A DNA stretch of 32,000 nucleotides from Nitrosospira multiformis ATCC 25196 (GTDB lineage: Bacteria > Pseudomonadota > Gammaproteobacteria > Burkholderiales > Nitrosomonadaceae): contig NC_007614.1 of NCBI RefSeq assembly GCF_000196355.1, positions 2,430,001 through 2,462,000 on the forward strand, in the 5' to 3' direction. This document shows positions 25,324 through 32,000 of this stretch, one piece after another. The first letter of the stretch is position 1. The number at the start of each line of letters is the position of its first letter. The position numbers and the translations under genes were made by a program. Below the pieces are notes generated by a model. It did no database searches, had not been told where the DNA came from, and worked only from the letters and a program-made list of their open reading frames with translations.

Positions 25324-27456
25324 ATGAAGTGCAATCATGGCATGAAGCGCAAGCTTCTTCTTGCAGCAATAACCATGCTGCTTACCATAATTGCCGTGGC
25401 CCCGGTGCGCGCTGATAATGCCGTCAAGTTGAGAATATTGGTCGTTTCCACAGGAGAGGTGGCAGAAGACCTGGGATTGGCCTATATCAAGCCTGTCCTC
25501 GATGAAATGGGCGTTCCATATGTCGTGCTGAATACCAGGGTGCAGAATCTGACGCCTGCGTTTCTGGCTGCTTCTTCGCAAGGAACGGCCTGCAAGGCCG
25601 AGGAGGCAGGGTGTGTTGGCAACTACAATGGAGTCATCCTCACCGACGCGGACCTGATCCCAGGCTTCACCTCGGCCGAATGGGACATATTGCACAATTA
25701 CGAGAAGAATTTCCGGGTCCGGGAAGCGGTATTGTCAGGGTGGCCGGCCACATACGCGAATCCGAAGCCGCCGCACGACATCTATCTGGATTATGGTCTC
25801 GTCTACTCCTCAAGCGGACACAATTATGATGGGCGCTGGACAATACCGGGGAGGTACAGCAAGGAAGTCTTTGAATACGTAAACAGGAATAATCCGCTTC
25901 CAATTACATCCCTTGCCTTTGCGACCCATCCCCGAAACGATATGAACCGGATGAAAGACGGCTCGATACCCTATGTCGAACCGCTATTACGAACCGGACA
26001 GGGCGAAACACTGCTGTCCATCATACGGTACATGAAGCCTGCCCGTAAGAGCCCAATGCGCGAAGTGCTGATTTCGACGATTACGAATGCGTCGTTCCTT
26101 ATGCATTCGAAAGTTCTGGCTTATGAGTTCGTCAACTGGGCGACCCAAGGCGTTTTCATCGGTGCGCGCTTCATCCATCTGGCGGCGCATGTGGATGACC
26201 TGTTTCGTACCAACAATCAATGGAATCCTGCTCTCGATAAGGAGAACGGCATTTATCGCCTCACCGGCGCTGACATAACCAATGCAGTGGGCAAACAGGC
26301 TGCCCTCCGGGTCGCGCATCCGACAGCGGGGAATTTCAAGCTGGACTTCGCATTCAATGGTGCGGGAGCGGTGGTGAATCCACAGGCGATGCCGCTCGCT
26401 GCAAACTGGAAAGATGATCTGGTAGCAGCAATAGTGGGCAATAAAACGCATTTTCGCTTCATCAACCACACCTTCACGCATGCAGATATGGACAAGTCAC
26501 CGGTTCCGGCTGATGCGCCCTGCGATTACCGCACTTTTACGAGTGCAGAGGCAATCAGGGCTGAAATCACTGCCAACCAGAACGTGTGGGCGCTACTGGG
26601 TCTTCCCGAGAGAAGCGAGAACAATCGCGTGCTCATCACCGGGGCCCATTCCGGCCTGAAAGATCAGAAATGCACGGATGACCCTGCCTTACACCCGGGT
26701 ATGTTCAATCTTCAGGCTGACGACATAGCCTTTGATGCAGGCGGCGCCAATCCGCTATTGCTTCAGGCGGCCGCCACCGCAGGCGTGGAATATCTTGCTG
26801 CCGATACCTCACAAAAAGCTCAAAACGTTGAGCAGTATATCACCCAGTATGAGGATGGCAGCAAAACGGATCGACTCATGCTGCCACGCTGGCCAACCGA
26901 TATTTTTTATAACGTGACAAATCCTTCCCAGCTGGAGGACGAGTATAACTACTTATATTATTACCGTTTTATCAATGCCGGACAAAATCCATGCGAGGCG
27001 CGGGCAAGGGCTTGCTCTCCCCGGAGCTACCGCGAAATCCTCGCCATCGAAGCGGATACCGCAGTGCGGCACATGCTGAGCTTTAGCCGGTGGCCGCATT
27101 TTTTTCATCAGTCGAATCTTGCGCGGTATGATGAAAACGGCAGAACACTCCAGTTTGATTGGCTCGATGCAGTCTTCACGAAATATGAGGGATTGTTCAC
27201 CCTGCCGGTCAAAAATCTTCCTTACTATAAAATCGGCGACCACACTGCGGAAAGCCTCAACGCCAGGTCTGCAAAGATCGATGCAATATGGAATCGGACA
27301 ACCAATCGGGTTACTCTGTCGGCAAACAAAGCGGTGCCTCACCTTCGTGTCACTGGTCTTTCCGGGGGGGAGATTTATGGCGGCCAGCTTATCGGAAACA
27401 TCAGCGTGGATACGAAGGCCACCATGTACGAGGTCGACAGAGGGTTGACTCGATGA
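25324..27456 (+). CDS. Large secreted protein with a CE4-superfamily-like metal-dependent deacetylase core, possibly Agd3/CE18-like
   Basis: The track ORF starts at 25237. I prefer the ATG at 25324, with AAGGAG 9 nt upstream. Signal peptide is MKCNHGMKRKLLLAAITMLLTIIAVAPVRA|DN. Motif pair: AAHVDDLF (Asp-Asp) and FINHTFTHADMD (HxxxH), followed later by WPHFFHQSNL. The N-terminal alpha/beta domain is LRILVVSTG...GVILTDADL. The functional call is tentative. Confidence 0.55.
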   Translation: MKCNHGMKRKLLLAAITMLLTIIAVAPVRADNAVKLRILVVSTGEVAEDLGLAYIKPVLDEMGVPYVVLNTRVQNLTPAFLAASSQGTACKAEEAGCVGNYNGVILTDADLIPGFTSAEWDILHNYEKNFRVREAVLSGWPATYANPKPPHDIYLDYGLVYSSSGHNYDGRWTIPGRYSKEVFEYVNRNNPLPITSLAFATHPRNDMNRMKDGSIPYVEPLLRTGQGETLLSIIRYMKPARKSPMREVLISTITNASFLMHSKVLAYEFVNWATQGVFIGARFIHLAAHVDDLFRTNNQWNPALDKENGIYRLTGADITNAVGKQAALRVAHPTAGNFKLDFAFNGAGAVVNPQAMPLAANWKDDLVAAIVGNKTHFRFINHTFTHADMDKSPVPADAPCDYRTFTSAEAIRAEITANQNVWALLGLPERSENNRVLITGAHSGLKDQKCTDDPALHPGMFNLQADDIAFDAGGANPLLLQAAATAGVEYLAADTSQKAQNVEQYITQYEDGSKTDRLMLPRWPTDIFYNVTNPSQLEDEYNYLYYYRFINAGQNPCEARARACSPRSYREILAIEADTAVRHMLSFSRWPHFFHQSNLARYDENGRTLQFDWLDAVFTKYEGLFTLPVKNLPYYKIGDHTAESLNARSAKIDAIWNRTTNRVTLSANKAVPHLRVTGLSGGEIYGGQLIGNISVDTKATMYEVDRGLTR

Positions 27457-27830
27457 ACGTTGGCGACCGCCAGGTTTTTGTAGGCAGTCAGGAGGAACCA
27501 GAAGGAATTCCGGGAATAAGCGGCATTCGCTTGAGCGATATTCTCCTCTCCCTGTTGCTTGTGTTTTCCTTTCCAGGTGTGGGTGACGCCGCGGATTTGG
27601 CAAATGCAGCTGCGGAAAAGACTGACGAGACAGCCAAAACAACAGAGCAGGCGGAAGATGAGAATCGAAAAAAGATGCAGCAAATGAACGATCTCAAACA
27701 GAGGGAGTGCGACCCGTTATTTCCGGAACAGGCAAAATCACTGGCAAAGGGCTACAGGGAGACTGCAAAGATGATCGTGGAGCAAGGCGATGACCCCAAA
27801 GCGGGTTCTCGATACTGCTGCTTATTTTGA
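27453..27830 (+). CDS. Small hypothetical protein with one hydrophobic segment, translationally coupled to the upstream gene
   Basis: The ATG at 27453 overlaps the upstream TGA as ATGA, and AGAGGG lies 8 nt upstream. 125 aa: MNVGDRQ...ILLSLLLVFSFPGVG, then an acidic/Lys-rich helical part, ending in CCLF. It is in frame with the longer track ORF 27288..27830. Confidence 0.45.
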   Translation: MNVGDRQVFVGSQEEPEGIPGISGIRLSDILLSLLLVFSFPGVGDAADLANAAAEKTDETAKTTEQAEDENRKKMQQMNDLKQRECDPLFPEQAKSLAKGYRETAKMIVEQGDDPKAGSRYCCLF

Positions 27831-28023
27831 GAAACAGTCCGGGGCGTTCTGATCGGGAGTGGGAACAAGGGAATATCGGCGTGTAAAAACCGCTCCTACT
27901 CATTCGGTGCCCCCATAGTATCCAAAAAACCACGGTCCTGCATCATGTCAGACTCGACTGACTCCGATCCCCCCAGATTGAGATCCTTCTGCCAGGGATA
28001 GAATCAATCAAGTCTGGCCTGGC

Positions 28024-28365
28024 CTAGTCGCCTGTTGACTTACGCATGTGCATCAGGGCTTCGTCAACGTGCTTGGTGGCAACATCCGCATGTCCTGCTT
28101 TGGCATGCTCGATTGCCTGCTTCAGTTCCTTGATGGAGTCCGTCATATGCTTATGTTGTTCGGCGTGCTGTTTCTCCGCCGCCTGAGCATGGGTCAGGCT
28201 CTCTTCCGCGTGCTTGAGCAGCACTTTTGCGTGACCGTCCTCGCCATGTGCCTTTGCCATTGCGGCATGTTCGATCGCCTGGGCGGCGTGATGATCGGCA
28301 ATCGCCGGGGGCGCCAGAAGAACGCCCAAAACACCGATGGCAAAACCTGCTGATATGTATCTCAT
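28024..28365 (-). CDS. His-rich periplasmic small metal-binding protein (SmbP-like)
   Basis: The start is probably the ATG at 28365 (MRYISAGFAIGVLGVLLAPPAIA|DHH), with GGAGG upstream. By my count the ~90-aa mature part has 14 His residues in repeating helical H-A-x-x-A/E-type units (AIEHAAMAKAHGEDGHAKVLLKHAEESLTHAQAAEKQHAEQHKH...). This resembles the SmbP described from Nitrosomonas europaea. Confidence 0.72.
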   Translation of the reverse strand: MRYISAGFAIGVLGVLLAPPAIADHHAAQAIEHAAMAKAHGEDGHAKVLLKHAEESLTHAQAAEKQHAEQHKHMTDSIKELKQAIEHAKAGHADVATKHVDEALMHMRKSTGD

Positions 28366-28553
28366 GAGAGCCTCCACAAGTCCATTGGATAGTTTTTATT
28401 GACAGCACGCTTTGCTGGCACCTGCCGGCACTTTTAGCCTGCAACAAGCCGAAGTCTGTCTCTCGAAGTATAGGCTATCTTTCTCCTCTTTGCTGTAACC
28501 GGTTCATCCTCATACGCGGCAGCGATATTTGGCTCGCAGAAGGCGGCAGCTTG

Positions 28554-29555
28554 TCAACATGACAGAGCTGGTGTTTCAGGCCCGGGAAAAATACCTGTCC
28601 GTGCTATGCCATCCTCTCCAATTGTGCCGCGAAACATGGCGCCGGTGTTGAACCGTATCGCATAGTTGCCGTCCGCATCCAGGACGATCAGGCCCCCATC
28701 TCCACCTATCGCCGCGATTTCCTCCAGCGTGTTATCGGCTGCCGCAGTAATCGGAGCATGCAGAAATCGCACCTGCGCTGCTGTGTTGAAAGCGGCAGCG
28801 GTACGAATGAACATTTCGCCTGTACCAGTCGTGGATACCGCAACCGAGCGATTGTCCGCGTAGGTTCCCGCCCCGATAATGGACGAGTCTCCTACCCGGC
28901 CAGGGTGCTTGTTCGTGAGCCCACCGGTCGACGTGCCGGCCGCCAGATTGCCCTGGCAGTCGAGCGCCACTGCGCCAACGGTTCCACGTTTTTCATCCTC
29001 ACCCGGCAATGTATCCAGACCCGCATCATGGTCGAGCAGGATACTTTCTTTAGCGATGGCTTTCTGCAGCTGATTCCAACGGTGCCGGGTATAGAAATAG
29101 GACGAATCCACGATTTCCAGATCCTGCTTTGCAGCGAAAATTTCCGCACCTTGCCCGATGAGCATCACGTGGGCGCTTTTCGTCATTACCGCATGTGCGG
29201 CGCGAATCGGATTGCGAATCGTCGTCACTCCCGCAACGGCGCCTGCCGCGCGAGTGGCCCCTTCCATGATTGAAGCTTCCAGTTCGTTGCGGCCATCATG
29301 GGTCAGCACGGCGCCCTTGCCGGCATTGAACAAGGGGCAATCCTCCATCACTGTAATGGCCGCAATCACTGCATCGATGCTGTTGCCGCCTGCTGCAAGC
29401 ACCGCATGGCCAGCGATCAGCGATTGCGCGAGTGCCTCCCTGTAAGCCTGCTCGCGTTCTGGCCCCTGCCCGGATTTCACGCTCCCGGCCCCTCCGTGAA
29501 TCACGAGCCGGATCGGCGAATCATTCCCCGCGCTTCCGCGCATGTGTATCGTCAT
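28554..29555 (-). CDS. Isoaspartyl peptidase / L-asparaginase (Ntn-hydrolase, plant-type asparaginase family)
   Basis: 333 aa. Motifs: LVIHGGAG, and the autoprocessing/nucleophile site GTVGAVALDCQGNLAAGTSTGG, then GRVGDSSIIGAGTYA. Confidence 0.9.
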   Translation of the reverse strand: MTIHMRGSAGNDSPIRLVIHGGAGSVKSGQGPEREQAYREALAQSLIAGHAVLAAGGNSIDAVIAAITVMEDCPLFNAGKGAVLTHDGRNELEASIMEGATRAAGAVAGVTTIRNPIRAAHAVMTKSAHVMLIGQGAEIFAAKQDLEIVDSSYFYTRHRWNQLQKAIAKESILLDHDAGLDTLPGEDEKRGTVGAVALDCQGNLAAGTSTGGLTNKHPGRVGDSSIIGAGTYADNRSVAVSTTGTGEMFIRTAAAFNTAAQVRFLHAPITAAADNTLEEIAAIGGDGGLIVLDADGNYAIRFNTGAMFRGTIGEDGIARTGIFPGPETPALSC

Positions 29556-29897
29556 CTAAACAGATCTACAGAGCATCGACATTACCGGTCATGCGGCCAG
29601 TGCCTGCATGAAGAGTGTAGAGAACGGGATCGGACGCAACTGCCATCCGCCAATCATTAATGCCCCCCGTCTGTAAACCCTGGCCGATGCCGGCGTCAAG
29701 CTCTTGAAGACTCCAGAGCGAAGCAGAGGATAGAGAGGGAAATAACGCTGAACGGAGTCGGACGATGGTCACATAAGCGTGTTATCTCGTCATACACAGA
29801 AACGCCCATATCGGTCATCGACCCGCAAACAGCTGAGGTTTGATCAATTCTTGTCCGGCAATAACAACTGTACTCGAACCCACAGCTTGTCCCGGCT

Positions 29898-30089
29898 TTA
29901 TTTTTCTGCCATAGAGTGGCATTTATCAATAAATGCCTGCCGCTCGGCTTCGCTGTCGAAAGTTGGAAGCACCGCCTGCATTCCTATGCCAGAACAATTT
30001 GTTGAATTTGCTTCGGGAGTCCCGCCCCCGCCACAACTAGCCAAAGCCCCACTCAGCGCAATAATAAATACAATATATTCAGGCTTCAT
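29898..30089 (-). CDS. Small lipoprotein of unknown function
   Basis: 63 aa with lipobox GALAS|C followed by GGGG. The RBS is strong (GAGGGAG, 6 nt before the ATG). Confidence 0.55.
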   Translation of the reverse strand: MKPEYIVFIIALSGALASCGGGGTPEANSTNCSGIGMQAVLPTFDSEAERQAFIDKCHSMAEK

Positions 30090-30317
30090 TAAATTCTCCC
30101 TCTTTAAAAATCCTCAACGTGGGGCAGATTCAAGTTTGAGATGCAACACTGATGGTTGCCACGCGCAGCTCACCAAAACCCCGAAGAATACCTTATCAAG
30201 AGCTCTGATCCCAGGACTTTGCGGGGTCGCCCTTGATGGTAGTGCCTCGCCTTACTGTCAGAGCAGTTCTCGCAACAGCTTTTGTAGATAACGCAGCCAC
30301 AGAATCGAAGATTGGTT

Positions 30318-31664
30318 CTATCGCCAGTTTATACGGACCGGAATTCCACCTTTGGGTCGCAGGGTTATTGCCATCTCCATCTCGACTTCCTTTGAATCAA
30401 GCAGCTGTAAATCACAGTGCTGAATTATCATGCATAGCAAAAGCTGGCTCTCCATCAATGCAAAATGACTGCCGATACAGATGCGTTCACCTGTCCCGAA
30501 AGGTATGAACGAATATCTCCGGTTTTGGGATAGCAGAAATCGTTCGGGGTCAAACTGCTCCGGTTGGGGCCAAAAGTCGGCATGATGATGAAGATTGAAA
30601 ATACTGAATATCGCAAGCTTGCCAGCTTTTAAAAAATAACCGTCAACCTCGGTGTCTTTACTAACTTTACGCAGCAAAAAGCTGGCAGGCGGACGGAGGC
30701 GCATCGATTCACTGAGTACGGCCCTGGTATAAACAAGCTGCTGCAAATCTTCGGCATTCGGTATTTTTCCTTGTAACACCCGATCAAGTTCCTCACGCAG
30801 CCGAGTGAGCACGCCTGGATGGCGAACGAGTAAATATAAAGTCCAGCTTAGTAAATTCGCAGTTGTTTCATGGCCCGCGCTAAAAATGGTAATAACTTCA
30901 TCACGAACCTGCCTATCGGTCATCTTCTCACCGCTGTCGTCATCACGCACTTTTAACAGCATATCCAACAGGTCATTCTGATCCGAGGGTGCAGCGCGGC
31001 GTTGATCGATGATCCCGTAAATGACATCATCGATTATTCCCAATGCCTGCTTGAATTTTCGGTTGGCCGGAGTGGGTACATATACCGGAAGAGTCAAAGG
31101 ATTTGCGATGGTTCTAGCGGCATATCTCAATAAAATCTCCAAGGACGGCGCGATCCGTTCTATTTTGTCGAGGACACTGGTGCTGAACATGGTTTGGGTG
31201 ATGACCTCCAATGTGAGCCGCATCATTTCACCCGACAGGTTGATTTGCGCCCCTTCACCCATCTGCCGCCATCGACCCAGCATGTTATTACCTGCGGTAA
31301 CCATTTGCGGCAGCAACGTGGTTACATTACTTCTCTGAAAAACGGGCTGCATCAAGCGCCGTTGTCTTTGCCATAAATCGCCCTGACTTGTTACTAATCC
31401 CTGGCCTAAAATCAATGCCAGACCGGTTGGCTTCTCAGGATTGTAGATTTTTACAAAAACATCGCTTTGCCTGATCAAGGCTTGTTCAACCAGTTTTGGA
31501 TGGCTGAATAAATAAAATTGGCGAGCCGCCAGCCTGAAGCTGACCAAATCCCCATAATTCTGCTGCCAGTCATAAAAGGCTTGAAGGGGGCTCGCAATCA
31601 TCTGCCTTAAATTCCCCAGCAGAAACTCGCCCTTGACCTGGGGAACTGTCTTGTTATGCGCCAT
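30318..31664 (-). CDS. Cytochrome P450 monooxygenase
   Basis: 448 aa. I-helix FSAGHETTANLL, ExxR in ESMRLRPP, and the heme-thiolate loop FGTGERICIGSHFA. Confidence 0.92.
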   Translation of the reverse strand: MAHNKTVPQVKGEFLLGNLRQMIASPLQAFYDWQQNYGDLVSFRLAARQFYLFSHPKLVEQALIRQSDVFVKIYNPEKPTGLALILGQGLVTSQGDLWQRQRRLMQPVFQRSNVTTLLPQMVTAGNNMLGRWRQMGEGAQINLSGEMMRLTLEVITQTMFSTSVLDKIERIAPSLEILLRYAARTIANPLTLPVYVPTPANRKFKQALGIIDDVIYGIIDQRRAAPSDQNDLLDMLLKVRDDDSGEKMTDRQVRDEVITIFSAGHETTANLLSWTLYLLVRHPGVLTRLREELDRVLQGKIPNAEDLQQLVYTRAVLSESMRLRPPASFLLRKVSKDTEVDGYFLKAGKLAIFSIFNLHHHADFWPQPEQFDPERFLLSQNRRYSFIPFGTGERICIGSHFALMESQLLLCMIIQHCDLQLLDSKEVEMEMAITLRPKGGIPVRINWR

Positions 31665-32000
31665 CGTCTCCGCAGTTGGAAAGTTAATGAGGGGTTCGCC
31701 CGCCTCGATTCAGCCATGCATACCTCAATGCAATAAGCCAAACAAAACAGACCGCCTCCATTCAAGCAACAACAACCGATAGGCCGCATCCTAAATTGCT
31801 TTGTCCCTGATTACCATCCTGACTGCTGCATGGATGTTCTTTTCAATCTCTCTTGAATGCCAGGTTGCTCCTGGATGATACCAGGTCAACGCGAGCTCCT
31901 TCTCTGCGTTAAATGAGGCGGCAGCCTGCAAGCTCTATGGACGCTGCCGCTCGTGAAAGAATCAAAAGGACCAAGAGGCTGATACGACTCAACATAATAC

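Noticed and set aside
26953-27642. 229-aa minus-strand ORF antisense to the end of the deacetylase-like gene and the small coupled ORF
   Set aside because: It has no motifs, overlaps supported plus-strand coding sequence, and its composition is typical of antisense frames.
28416-28431. TGGCAC-N5-GGCAC, superficially like a sigma54 -24/-12 promoter
   Set aside because: The -12 element is not TTGC(A/T). The match is on the plus strand, but both neighbouring genes (SmbP-like and isoaspartyl peptidase) are on the minus strand, so there is nothing for it to drive.
29556-29897. 342-nt gap with 68-aa and 77-aa minus-strand ORFs (29566..29772 and 29696..29929)
   Set aside because: Neither ORF has an RBS, a signal sequence or a recognisable motif, and one overlaps the lipoprotein gene end. 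I saw no convincing stem-loops or repeats suggesting an ncRNA, so I left the region unannotated.
31665-32000. Possible gene or signal-peptide-like short ORF at the right edge (minus strand, ATG at 31995)
   Set aside because: It gives only a 27-codon ORF before a stop. The other frames terminate within ~40 codons. That is not enough to call a gene entering from beyond the window.
1-32000. Screen for CRISPR arrays, tRNA/rRNA genes, IS elements, integrases, att-like flanking repeats and prophage genes
   Set aside because: I found no spaced direct-repeat arrays, no tRNA T-arm-like GGTTCGAATCC-type sequences in a plausible context, and no transposase or recombinase motifs in any frame. The only transposase-like stretch is the in-frame desaturase tail, reported separately. 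The window gives no evidence that it is a mobile island.

Overview
This 32-kb window looks like a chromosomal segment of a proteobacterium. The divergent dut-coaBC / radC-rpmB-rpmG block and an SmbP-like His-rich periplasmic protein suggest a betaproteobacterium, possibly a Nitrosomonadaceae-type ammonia oxidiser, but that is a low-confidence inference. Coding density is high, with about 34 supported CDS. I found no rRNA, tRNA, CRISPR array, transposase, integrase or other mobile-element signature.

Gene content, left to right:
- Housekeeping genes: dut (partial), coaBC, radC, rpmB and rpmG (rpmG is below the ORF-track size cutoff).
- A membrane acyl-lipid/CoA desaturase.
- A minus-strand operon: SDR::DoxX-like fusion, DUF2269 protein and isochorismatase-like hydrolase.
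- Several membrane and secreted proteins, an IMPase-family phosphatase and a Zn-dependent dehydrogenase.
- A compact glycan cluster led by a 1293-aa three-domain fusion ORF.
- A melC-like operon: caddie-like protein, then a tyrosinase with two C-terminal PPC domains, then a small lipoprotein.
- Stand-alone rtcA, divergent from an MJ1316/DUF504-type gene.
- A tightly packed cassette with a palindromic operator: HTH, 73-aa unknown and SLOG-like protein.
- A large secreted deacetylase-like protein (CE4/CE18, Agd3-like) coupled to a small ORF.
- An SmbP-like protein, an isoaspartyl peptidase, a small lipoprotein and an orphan cytochrome P450.

Best candidates for undescribed biology, in order:
1. 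The GH-A / GT-B / long-form UDP-galactopyranose-mutase fusion and its cluster (11.2-19.9 kb).
2. The autoregulated HTH-small-SLOG cassette next to rtcA/MJ1316 (22.4-25.0 kb).
3. The non-canonical tyrosinase operon (20.0-22.3 kb).
4. The Agd3-like secreted enzyme pair (25.3-27.8 kb).

All family assignments rest on motifs read by eye from the translations. No database search was run.
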